From: Guillardia theta CCMP2712
Lineage: Eukaryota > Protista > Cryptophyta
Length of the DNA stretch: 64,000 bases
Reading direction: 5' to 3'
NCBI RefSeq assembly: GCF_000315625.1
Contig: NW_005434522.1
Location: 59,081-123,080 of the forward strand
Positions 50,290-61,371 of the stretch are shown one piece after another. The position numbers and the translations under genes were made by a program. Every line of letters begins with the position of its first letter. Within the stretch, counting starts at the first letter, position 1. A model generated the notes under the pieces. The model did no database searches. It had not been told where the DNA came from and saw nothing but the letters and a program-made list of their open reading frames with translations.

Positions 50290-50945
50290 TGGAGCTAATT
50301 GATGTCGGCTGAGTGTAATGATTTTAGCGTGTGATATAGCAAGACACGACGTGTGTTGGTGTAGGATAGTAACTTAGTGTGATATGAGTATGTATTTTAA
50401 ACAAGTGACCTGCTTGCCTTCTCATTTCCTCCCGCTCAGGCGACATATACGCGCGCAACTGCACGAACAGCTACATCTGCAGCCCAAGCCAATCAAGATC
50501 TCTACCTCTTCTACGAGGGAATGTAGGTGGAGCCCTTCAAGACTACTAGAATGAATATGGAGCAGATTTCGCTGCAGGGCAACAACTCTGTTATCTGCCT
50601 TATTCTTTAGACTCTATCGCGACTCTTGGCCATGGATCTCCTCCAAGGTAGAGGCTCCTCCCGCTACTCCCCTCCTTCCTTCCCCTTCCTCTTCCTCTCC
50701 CCTCCCACCTGTCAGCCGCACGAGTGCGTTCCCGCAAACCATCGCAATACCCCCTCTTCCCTTGACCCCACCCCCATACTCACCCTCTCACCCCCTCACC
50801 CCCTCACCCCCTCACCCCCTTCCTTCCCTCCAACCACCCCACCCCACCCCACCCCACAAACAGGCGGTACCGCAGGGGGGCAGACAGGGGTGGTAGGCCC
50901 GGGGGCCATTCATAAGAGCGAGGACGCGGGGGATGGCGGCAGACA

Positions 50946-51982
50946 ATGAGGGTATTCCGACCCCTCAATCCCCACTTGAACCCGAGCCGCAGCAGCATGC
51001 TTGCGGGCGCCACCAGCTTGGAGCAGATCCGCAGCTCCTTCAGCCCCGCCGACTACATGCTGCTCATGCAGCACACGGATGCGGCGATACAACAGATCGA
51101 CTCCTTCTGTGAGCAGGCACGGAGTATGCAGGGCTGGGGCCTCAGAGACCCGCACATGGCTCAGGAAGCTCGACTGCTCCTCTCCTCCCTTGAGTCCAGT
51201 CACAAGATCATCGTCCGCTTGTACAGCCAGGCTGCCGCCTCCTGTGAGACATCTGAAGCTCCCCTGAGGAAGTGGTGGACCGACTGGTCCTCGCTCTGCT
51301 CTCAACCCGCTGCCTCCTTGCTGCAGCGCTACACTTCCAGTCGGAGCAGCATCCTCACCACAAGGACGCTGCCGACCTTCTACACCAAGGGCATGACGAT
51401 CATGCTGGGCTGCCTCCGCAAGAACGGCCTGAGGGTGACGGAGGAGGTGCACCTGGTGCGTGACAGCGAGCAGCATGACCATGAGCCCTGCCTGGGCTTC
51501 ACCTACCTGATGACTGCAGGAGACCAGCGCACGGCCCAGCTCTACGACGAGGTGATGAAGCTGCGGCGGAAGCAGGGAGCCGTCAAAAGCCTGTTCCACA
51601 GCGCAGAGTACAGCGCGGAGCTTGACGATTACATCGCCACGCAGAAGCGCATCTCGCGCTATGCCAGCAGCACGGTCGACATGGCCCAGCCCTACATGCA
51701 ACAGCTCAGGCAAGACATGAGACACAATCAGGAGCTGTGGGGCGACCGATGGAACCTTGACGTCTCATTCATGATCCACGACGAGCAGAGCAGCGCGGCT
51801 TCTGCCTTGCGTTTATCAAATTCGACGACGACGAGACCCTCCAGCGCTATGCTCAGGCCATCGACATGCTGCGCAAGACCGACAGGCTCCCCGTCAACGC
51901 TGTCGCCTTGATCGCCTCCATCCTCATCCCTCACTATGACTGTGACAAGGTCAAGGCAGTGACATGTTTACTGGTAGAGTAA
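50946..51982 (+). pseudogene. Intronless orphan ORF, copy 1, frameshifted by a 5-bp duplication
   Basis: Long GC3-rich ORF. Removing one AGCAG at 51784-51793 restores [42 protein letters not shown] (stop 51980-51982). Confidence 0.6.
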
Positions 51983-52729
51983 AGCTCTGCTGCTTCTCGC
52001 TGTGGCGCTGTGTGCATGCAGGTTTAGCTTGCTCCTGCTTTCTTTTGCTTGAGGCACTTTTTACCTTGTGCGAGTAAACATCCTAAACATCCTCTGGTGC
52101 TGCTCAGTGCTTGTTTCGGGCTGTTGTCGCTCCATCTCTCTTCCTCGTTACCTTCCTCCTTTCAAGCCTCCGGCAGGTGCAAGGGCTCCTTCCATTGCTC
52201 CCCTCCTTTCTCCCCTTCCTCTTCCGCCCCCCTCCCACACAAGTGCAACCAGACCTATCGAGGACGCAATGGAGGCCGGCTTCGCTGAGCATCGCCTTGA
52301 CTGTACGAGTAAGGTTGTCATGCCATGGAGATAGCAGTCGAGCATCTGAGCATAGCGATGCGGGAAGGCCTTGAGGGGGTAGTAGCTCGAGGCTCGCATC
52401 GGAGAGTGGCTCAGGTCCCGCTCAGGAAAATGAGCGAAGATGGTGGACTGCAAGACCCGGGCCTGCGACTTGAGCGAGTACGNNNNNNNNNNNNNNNNNN
52501 NNNNNNNNNNNNNNNNNNNNNNNNNNNNNNNNNNNNNNNNNNNNNNNNNNNNNNNNNNNNNNNNNNNNNNNNNNNNNNNNNNGTAAAACTCTTAACTACT
52601 AGCACTGCTGGAAACCAGACCAGCCCATGCGGGAAGCCGCGTAGACAAGCAGGGAGCAGCGTGATATCTATAATATCCTTACCTTGCACAGCCGCAGGAC
52701 GTACTCGCTCAAGTCGCAGGATAGGGTGT

Positions 52730-53475
52730 TCGCATCCTATCTCTCCAGCTACTATGGAGACTCTGCTGACCTTCGCCTCTTTCACAAGGATCAGTCAGCT
52801 TCCCTTCAATGTACTTCGGGCGTCTGTCAAGGCGATGTTCCCTCCAGCGTACTCTTCTGCCACAGCATCCACCCACTCCTCCTCCATGTCGCAGACCTTT
52901 TCCCCTCTGTTCGAGTCTTGGGCTACGCTGACAAGGTCGTCATTGTTGGGCCACTCGAGTCTGCCGTTGCAGCTACCTCAGCTGCCGCTGCGCCCGCTGA
53001 GGACAGTGAGGAGGACATTTTGTATTACTTGGAGCGGTACCGTCAGCATGCGCCCAGCCTCCCATGATGTGTCCGCTGTCCCAGGCAGGCGGACATCCGG
53101 GCAGCGCCGGCTCCTTGTCGTCTATGCCCTTTCTCCGTCCGCGGCCTCTGCGGCGGCAGACGCGTCGACTGACAGCGGTCAGTCGGCTGCCTCCGGGTAT
53201 CGTGTATGAGGGCGTTCACGTCCCCTGCCGTGCCGGTATCGCGGTGCTCGTTGCTTGCCCTTCTCTGCTTGTCTACGTGGCTTACCGCGTGGGCTGGCAG
53301 TGTAGGGTCTGGTTGCCAGCAGTGCTGGTTACTTTCGGTCTTGTGTTTTGTGCGTTTGCGCCGCTTTGTTGCTGTGTTCCGTACCCCGCTTTTGTTTCTG
53401 TGTGCTCTATGCCTGACGGGTTTGCTTGTTGCTGCTTTCTTCAGCTTGAGGCACTTGTTACCTTATGCGAGTAAA
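52730..53475 (+). mobile_element. Internally deleted non-LTR retrotransposon fragment (RT core joined to 3' end)
   Basis: GVCQGDVPSSVLFCHSIHPLL..VRVLGYADKVVIVGP (RT motifs; YADD has become YADK), fused to a diverged copy of the element's 3' region and tail. Confidence 0.85.
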
Positions 53476-53479
53476 ACTC

Positions 53480-53800
53480 AGTCATCCGTCAGCTACTGGC
53501 GGGATTACTCTTGGAGGCCTGCCTATCGGCACGGACGGTTTTCAATGATGCCAGTCAACTCCGAGCGAAGGTCTCCACCCTCAGCGAAGAACTCTCGAAG
53601 CTCGTGCTCGTCCAGCTGGTGAGGGCGAGCCATCTTCAGAAGCTCCGCTTCTTCCTCCAGGGGTCATCTCCGTTTCTCCCGCGGGTCCAGTCACAGATTC
53701 GTCGCTTTGACCTCTCTTGTCCACCTGGCCCTCGAGAAGTACCATCGCTGGCCATACTCGCAGTACCTCGCCGCGCACCCCGACCTGCTAGGTCACGGCA
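53480..53800 (+). mobile_element. Non-LTR retrotransposon RT/thumb fragment
   Basis: GITLGGLPIGTDGF, then across a frameshift LRAKVSTLSEELSKL..LVRASHLQKLRFFL..RRFD. This fits the post-RT region of CRE-like elements. Confidence 0.6.
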
Positions 53801-53985
53801 AAGGACGTGAACGCCCTCATACACGATACCCGGAGGCAGCCGACTGACCACTGTCAGTCGACGCGTCTGCCGTGCGCCCAGCCTCCCATGATGTGTCCGC
53901 TGCCCCGGCAGGCGGACCCCCGGGCAGCGCCGGCTCCTTGTCGGCGGCTGCCCTTTCTCCGTCCGCGGCCTCTGCATCCGTGGCC

Positions 53986-54512
53986 TCAGCCCGACGTGCG
54001 TCTCTGTCCTCTCTTGAGAGCAGGGGAACAGGAGGCTCGTGGAAATTTGTGACGGCAGAGACGCGCGCGGGTAACAGGGACTGGACCCAGTACATCGGTC
54101 GACTGTTCTAGGAAGGAGGCAGATCGCAGGGGCTGACAGAGACTGGAAGCATGCTTCACCCAGTTTGCGACCAAAGGCGCAATGGAGCGGCTTGGAAGGT
54201 ATGCTCCCTATCCTGCCTTGCTGCAAGAAGCTGACATGCCATTGCGACGAGGAGAAACAGGCAGGGGCCTGCAGACGCGGATCTCCCTTCGAGGTGACTG
54301 GTTGACCTGACCTAAAGCTGTGTTTGCTGAAATGCTTGCAGCCCCAACAAGAAGCGCAGGAAGGATTCCGAGCCTCTGTACGTCTTCTGTTCCTCCCTCG
54401 CCCTCTCACGAGACTCTTCAGGAATCATCCCAGCAGTGCGGCTGATCAGCGCTTCCTGCCGTTGGCTGGAGTGGCCAATCTCTCTGCGTCTTTAACTGCC
54501 ATTGCCAACTGA
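53986..54512 (+). pseudogene. Duplicated 3' exons of the GATA-like zinc-finger gene, with no 5' part
   Basis: Matches 49763-50289 and begins inside an intron. Confidence 0.8.
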
Positions 54513-55168
54513 TGGAGCTAATTGATGTCGGCTGAGTGTAATGATTTTAGCGTGTGATATAGCAAGACACGACGTGTGTTGGTGTAGGATAGTAACTTAG
54601 TGTGATATGAGTATGTATTTTAAACAAGTGACCTGCTTGCCTTCTCATTTCCTCCCGCTCAGGCGACATATACGCGCGCAACTGCACGAACAGCTACATC
54701 TGCAGCCCAAGCCAATCAAGATCTCTACCTCTTCTACGAGGGAATGTAGGTGGAGCCCTTCAAGACTACTAGAATGAATATGGAGCAGATTTCGCTGCAG
54801 GGCAACAACTCTGTTATCTGCCTTATTCTTTAGACTCTATCGCGACTCTTGGCCATGGATCTCCTCCAAGGTAGAGGCTCCTCCCGCTACTCCCCTCCTT
54901 CCTTCCCCTTCCTCTTCCTCTCCCCTCCCACCTGTCAGCCGCACGAGTGCGTTCCCGCAAACCATCGCAATACCCCCTCTTCCCTTGACCCCACCCCCAT
55001 ACTCACCCTCTCACCCCCTCACCCCCTCACCCCCTCACCCCCTTCCTTCCCTCCAACCACCCCACCCCACCCCACCCCACAAACAGGCGGTACCGCAGGG
55101 GGGCAGACAGGGGTGGTAGGCCCGGGGGCCATTCATAAGAGCGAGGACGCGGGGGATGGCGGCAGACA

Positions 55169-56205
55169 ATGAGGGTATTCCGACCCCTCAATCCCCACTT
55201 GAACCCGAGCCGCAGCAGCATGCTTGCGGGCGCCACCAGCTTGGAGCAGATCCGCAGCTCCTTCAGCCCCGCCGACTACATGCTGCTCATGCAGCACACG
55301 GATGCGGCGATACAACAGATCGACTCCTTCTGTGAGCAGGCACGGAGTATGCAGGGCTGGGGCCTCAGAGACCCGCACATGGCTCAGGAAGCTCGACTGC
55401 TCCTCTCCTCCCTTGAGTCCAGTCACAAGATCATCGTCCGCTTGTACAGCCAGGCTGCCGCCTCCTGTGAGACATCTGAAGCTCCCCTGAGGAAGTGGTG
55501 GACCGACTGGTCCTCGCTCTGCTCTCAACCCGCTGCCTCCTTGCTGCAGCGCTACACTTCCAGTCGGAGCAGCATCCTCACCACAAGGACGCTGCCGACC
55601 TTCTACACCAAGGGCATGACGATCATGCTGGGCTGCCTCCGCAAGAACGGCCTGAGGGTGACGGAGGAGGTGCACCTGGTGCGTGACAGCGAGCAGCATG
55701 ACCATGAGCCCTGCCTGGGCTTCACCTACCTGATGACTGCAGGAGACCAGCGCACGGCCCAGCTCTACGACGAGGTGATGAAGCTGCGGCGGAAGCAGGG
55801 AGCCGTCAAAAGCCTGTTCCACAGCGCAGAGTACAGCGCGGAGCTTGACGATTACATCGCCACGCAGAAGCGCATCTCGCGCTATGCCAGCAGCACGGTC
55901 GACATGGCCCAGCCCTACATGCAACAGCTCAGGCAAGACATGAGACACAATCAGGAGCTGTGGGGCGACCGATGGAACCTTGACGTCTCATTCATGATCC
56001 ACGACGAGCAGAGCAGCGCGGCTTCTGCCTTGCGTTTATCAAATTCGACGACGACGAGACCCTCCAGCGCTATGCTCAGGCCATCGACATGCTGCGCAAG
56101 ACCGACAGGCTCCCCGTCAACGCTGTCGCCTTGATCGCCTCCATCCTCATCCCTCACTATGACTGTGACAAGGTCAAGGCAGTGACATGTTTACTGGTAG
56201 AGTAA
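55169..56205 (+). pseudogene. Intronless orphan ORF, copy 2 (same frameshift)
   Basis: Same translated sequence as copy 1 at offset 4223. Confidence 0.6.
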
Positions 56206-57061
56206 AGCTCTGCTGCTTCTCGCTGTGGCGCTGTGTGCATGCAGGTTTAGCTTGCTCCTGCTTTCTTTTGCTTGAGGCACTTTTTACCTTGTGCGAGTAA
56301 ACATCCTAAACATCCTCTGGTGCTGCTCAGTGCTTGTTTCGGGCTGTTGTCGCTCCATCTCTCTTCCTCGTTACCTTCCTCCTTTCAAGCCTCCGGCAGG
56401 TGCAAGGGCTCCTTCCATTGCTCCCCTCCTTTCTCCCCTTCCTCTTCCGCCCCCCTCCCACACAAGTGCAACCAGACCTATCGAGGACGCAATGGAGGCC
56501 GGCTTCGCTGAGCATCGCCTTGACTGTACGAGTAAGGTTGTCATGCCATGGAGATAGCAGTCGAGCATCTGAGCATAGCGATGCGGGAAGGCCTTGAGGG
56601 GGTAGTAGCTCGAGACTCGCATCGGAGAGTGGCTCAGGTCCCGCTCAGGAAAATGAGCGAAGATGGTGGACTGCAAGACCCGGGCCTGCGACTTGAGCGA
56701 GTACGTCGTGCGGCTGTGCAAGGTGAGGCGAGTAAAACTCTTAACTACTAGCACTGCTGGAAACCAGACCAGCCCATGCGGGAAGCCGCGTAGACAAGCA
56801 GGGAGCAGCGTGATATCTATAATATCCTTACCTTGGACAGCCGCAGGAGGTACTCGCTCAAGTCGCAGGATAGGGTGTTCGCATCCTATCTCTCCAGCTA
56901 CTATGGAGACTCTGCTGACCTTCGCCTCTTTCACAAGGATCAGTCAGCTTCCCTTCAATGTACTTCGGGCGTCTGTCAAGGCGATGTTCCCTCCAGCGTA
57001 CTCTTCTGCCACAGCATCCACCCACTCCTCCTCCATGTCGCAGACCTTTTCCCCTCTGTTG

Positions 57062-59142
57062 GATAATGCTTGAGCGATTCTCTACCGTCGCGTGAGGACT
57101 CCTGCACTTGCCCTCTCCTCATAGCCTGGACGTTCACTGCTCGAGATCTCTCCGTGCCCAGAAGCATCCTCTGGCGACCTTATTCGTTGAGGCGCACGAC
57201 TTCGTTCATAATGCTGGAGCGATCCTCTAACGTCGTGTGAGGGCTCCTGCGCCGGCTGCTGATGACGCAGGACGCCCCCGGCATCTGTGGTACACATCCC
57301 TGGTTTGCGCGCTCTCGTCGACTCGTCTCATGAGCACTTCATTCCTCCGCCTGCTCAGCGCAATGTGACCCCTCTTGTCATGCGCGTCTTCCCTCGCCAT
57401 GTGCATGCTCGCGCTGCGCTGACCGATCAGCAGCGTGATATCCTTACCTTGCACAGCCGCACGACGTACTCGCTCAAGTCGCAGGCCCGGGTCTTGCAGT
57501 CCACCATCTTCGCTCATTTTCCTGAGCAGGACCTGAGCCACTCTCCGATGCGAGTCTCGAGCTACTACCCCCTCAAGGCCTTCCCGCATCGCTATGCTCA
57601 GATGCTCGACTGCTATCTCCATGGCATGCCGATCTGCCAGTGTCCGACGAAATGTGGTGGATGTCAGCGCGAGCTCGATCCCTCCGTTGCTGCGCATCAT
57701 CTCCAGACCTGCAAACGCCGATCCTCCAAGCTTCCCACGGCGCATGACAAGGCTTACTCGTACGATTCGGTCGATGCTGAACGAAGCTGGTCTTCAGAGC
57801 GTCATCGATACAGTCGGGGATCCTCGTTCTCGACGGCAGGTACCCTCCCATCCTCATGGCCGCACTGGCAGATGAAGGGCGATATCCACATTCCTGGAAT
57901 CCGCGATCGAGGGTCCGAGCAGTACGAGGGCTTGATGGCGGACGTGACGTTGGTCCACCCTTACATTGGTAGCTCTGCCGACCTGACCAAGTGGGGGGAG
58001 GTCAACCTCGACGCCCTCCATGTTGCAGCGTCTGAGAAGATTCGCAAACATCGCGCTGCATATGCCATGACTACTCCTCCTCGAGCGTTCATCCCTCTTG
58101 CCATCTCGACGGACGGTACCCTGCATCCTGACACCCTCCGCTTCATCTGGTATCTCGCGGACATCATTGCTCAGCGCTCAATGCCTCTTGAGGATGCGGC
58201 GTTTGGTCGGCACTTCGTGCCTGATGACGGCCCTGCTGCTGAGGTCTTGGCTCGCAAACGCGCCGCCACCTATCAGCGCCTCACCATGCAGCTGACGCTG
58301 GAGGCGCTCTTGTCTGGTGCGAGGCGCATGACGCCCTTGCGGGCGCAAGCACTTCTCGAGCTGCTCTCGAGCCAGAGGACAGCTCCTCCTCGGACTTTGT
58401 CGAGTCGCCCGAGGAGGAGTCTTCGCCGGAGGTCTCCGACTCCGATGGGGGACACCCTTCGAGTGGCCCCGACGATCGGCGCGGAGCTGGCGAGGCGTCT
58501 CCGTCCCTCACTGTGACGTCGGGTGCCTCCGGAGAGCTCGACACCACTGGGGTGCTTGCTGCTGGTCCGAGCTCGCCTGCTTCCTCCCCGGCATCGGTCG
58601 GGTCACGCCGGTCCTTGGGCATTGCCGCGGCGTCGCCGCCGTCAAGGGCGGCTACCACTGACTCGGCTACCGCTGACTCGGAGGCTAGCGAGGAGGACTA
58701 CCTCGAGCGGTACCGTGTTCATGTGTCCAGCCTCCCTCCGTCCGCTGCCCCAGGCGGACCCCCGGGCAGCGCCGGCTCCTTGTCGGCGGCTGCCCTTTCT
58801 CCGTCCGCGGCCGCCCGCTTTGTGGCGGCAGCGGACGTCTCGACTGACAGTGGTCAGTCGGCTGCCTCCGGGTATCGCGTCTAAGGGGTTTTCTTCCTCC
58901 TGCATGCTCCTGCTGCTTGTTGCTTGATTGCTTGACCCTTAGGCTGCTTGTCTGCGCGGCTTCGCGCTTGGGCTGGCGCTGCCGCGTCTGGGTGCCAGCA
59001 GTGCTGGTTCTTTTCGGGCTTGTGTTTTGTGTGTGTTTGTGCAGCTTCTCGCTGTGGACTGTGTGCCTGCCGGTTCAGCTTGTTCCTGCTTGTTCCTGCT
59101 TTGTTTTGCTTGAGGCACTTTTTACCTTCTGCCAGTAAATCC
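57062..59142 (+). mobile_element. 5'-truncated RLE-type (CRE-like) non-LTR retrotransposon: Zn knuckle, restriction-like endonuclease, 3' UTR
   Basis: CQCPTKCGGC..AHHLQTC..AHD, MKGDIHIPG..ADVTLVHP..SEKIRKH..Y..FIPLAISTDGTLH. GT-rich 3' UTR ends GCTTGAGGCACTTTTTACCTTCTGCCAGTAAA. Confidence 0.85.
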
Positions 59143-59145
59143 TAC

Positions 59146-61105
59146 AGTGAGGGACGGAGACGCCTCGCCAGCTCCGCGCCGATCGTCGGGGCCACTCGAA
59201 GGGTGTCCCCCATCGGNNNNNNNNNNNNNNNNNNNNNNNNNNNNNNNNNNNNNNNNNNNNNNNNNNNNNNNNNNNNNNNNNNNNNNNNNNNNNNNNNNNN
59301 NNNNNNNNNNNNNNNNNNNNNNNNNNNNNNNNNNNNNNNNNNNNNNNNNNNNNNNNNNNNNNNNNNNNNNNNNNNNNNNNNNNNNNNNNNNNNNNNNNNN
59401 NNNNNNNNNNNNNNNNNNNNNNNNNNNNNNNNNNNNNNNNNNNNNNNNNNNNNNNNNNNNNNNNNNNNNNNNNNNNNNNNNNNNNNNNNNNNNNNNNNNN
59501 NNNNNNNNNNNNNNNNNNNNNNNNNNNNNNNNNNNNNCGAGATGGCAAGAGGGATGAACGCTCGAGGAGGAATAGTGGATTTACTGGCAGAAGGTAAAAA
59601 GTGCCTCAAGCAAAACAAAGCAGGAACAAGCTAAACCTCCAGGCACACAGCGCACAGCGAGAAGCTGCACAATCACACACAAAACACAAGCCCGAAAAGA
59701 ACCAGCACTGCTGGCACCCAGACGCATAGCATATGCAGCGCGATGTTTGCGAACCTTCTCAGACGCTGCAACATGGAGGGCGTCGAGGTTGACCTCCCCC
59801 AACTTGGTCAGGTCGGCAGAGCTACCAATGTAAGGGTGGACCAACGAGGAGGACTACCTCGAGCGGTACCGTGGTCCTGAGTCCAGCCTCCCTCCGTCCG
59901 CTGCCCCAGGACTACTCCTCCTCGAGCGTTCATCCCTCTTGCCATCTCGACGGACGGTACCCTGCATCCTGACACCCTCCGCTTCATCTGGTATCTCGCG
60001 GACATCATTGCTCAGCGCTCAATGCCTCTTGAGGATGCGGCGTTTGGTCGGCACTTCGTGCCTGATGACGGACCTGCTGCTGAGGTCTTGGCTCGCAAAC
60101 GCGCCGCCACCTATCAGCGCCTCACCATGCAGCTGACGCTGGAGGCGCTCTTGTCTGGTGCGAGGCGCATGACGCCCTTGCGGGCGCAAGCACTTCTCGA
60201 GCCAGAGGACAGCTCCTCCTCGGACTTTGTCGAGTCGCCCGAGGAGTCTTCGCCGGAGGTCTCCGACTCCGATGGGGGACACCCTTCGAGTGGCCCCGAC
60301 GATCGGCGCGGAGCTGGCGAGGCGTCTCCGTCCCTCACTGTGACGTCGGGTGCCTCCGGAGAGCTCGACACCACTGGGGTGCTTGCTGCTGGTCCGAGCT
60401 CGCCTGCTTCCTCCCCGGCATCGGTCGGGTCACGCCGGTCCTTGGGCATTGCTGCGGCGTCGCCGCCGTCACGGGCGGCTACCACTGACTCGGCTACCGC
60501 TGACTCGGAGGCTAGCGAGGAGGACTACCTCGAGCGGTACCGTGTTCCTGTGTCCAGCCTCCCTCCGTCCGCTGCCCCAGGCGGACCCCCGGGCAGCGCC
60601 GGCTCCTTGTCGGCGGCTGCCCTTTCTCCGTCCGCGGCCGCCCGCTTTGTGGCGGCAGCGGACGTCTCGACTGACAGTGGTCAGTCGGCTGCCTCCGGGT
60701 ATCGCGTCTAAGGGGTTTTCTTCCTCCTGCATGCTCCTGCTGCTTGTTGCTTGATTGCTTGACCCTTAGGCTGCTTGTCTGCGCGGCTTCGCGCTTGGGC
60801 TGGCGCTGCCGCGTCTGGGTGCCAGCAGTGCTGGTTCTTTTCGGGCTTGTGTTTTGTGTGTGTTTGTGCAGCTTCTCGCTGTGGACTGTGTGCCTGCCGG
60901 TTCAGCTTGTTCCTGCTTTGTTTTGCTTGAGGCACTTTTTACCTTCTGCCAGTAAATCCTATACTCTCCCAGGCGGACCCCCGGGCAACGCCGGCTCCTT
61001 TTCGGCGGCTGCCCTTTCTCCGACCGTACTGGGCCGCGGCCACGGTGGCGGCAGCGGACGTCTCGACTGACAGTGGTCAGTCGGCTGCCTCCGGGTATCG
61101 CGTCC
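59146..61105. mobile_element. Further direct and inverted fragments of the same retrotransposon, including a 3' copy at about 59910-60960
   Basis: 60022-60711 repeats 58181-58884. 59146-59216 and 59538-59845 are inverted pieces. 60967-61105 is another partial copy. Confidence 0.88.
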
Positions 61106-61371
61106 GAAGCACGGCTGGCAACCGTCAGCAGACCCGGCATCGCCAGCGCGCGTAGGCTGGCGGTATGAGCCGGGCCCGGGCCGCATAACTCACTGAGGCT
61201 CCGAGCGGCCGCCGGGTCGGCCGCCGGGACGTTCCAGAACCTTCATGGCAAATCACGTCCCCCCCTCCACGTCTTAACTTTGAAACTGGTTTCAAAATGT
61301 ATGTGTAGGGTTGAAATGTGATACATACAATTGAAAAATGATAATGAAATTTCCCGAGATTGCGACAAACA

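Larger units (their letters stand above)
49763..57060. repeat. Near-identical tandem segmental duplication: 49763-52911 vs 53986-57060
   Basis: Identical ORF sets at offset 4223 (e.g. 50946/55169). A few SNPs are visible (GAGGCT/GAGACT; TTGCAC..GACG/TTGGAC..GAGG). Confidence 0.95.

Noticed and set aside
50860-50945. Possible 5' self-cleaving ribozyme before the orphan ORF
   Set aside because: GC-rich with a small palindrome, but I could not build an HDV or hammerhead fold by eye. An Infernal search would be needed.
50910-51725. 271-aa antisense ORF (and its copy at 55133), plus other long antisense ORFs over the ATPase and GCLC
   Set aside because: Shadow ORFs expected from GC3-rich codon usage on the opposite strand.
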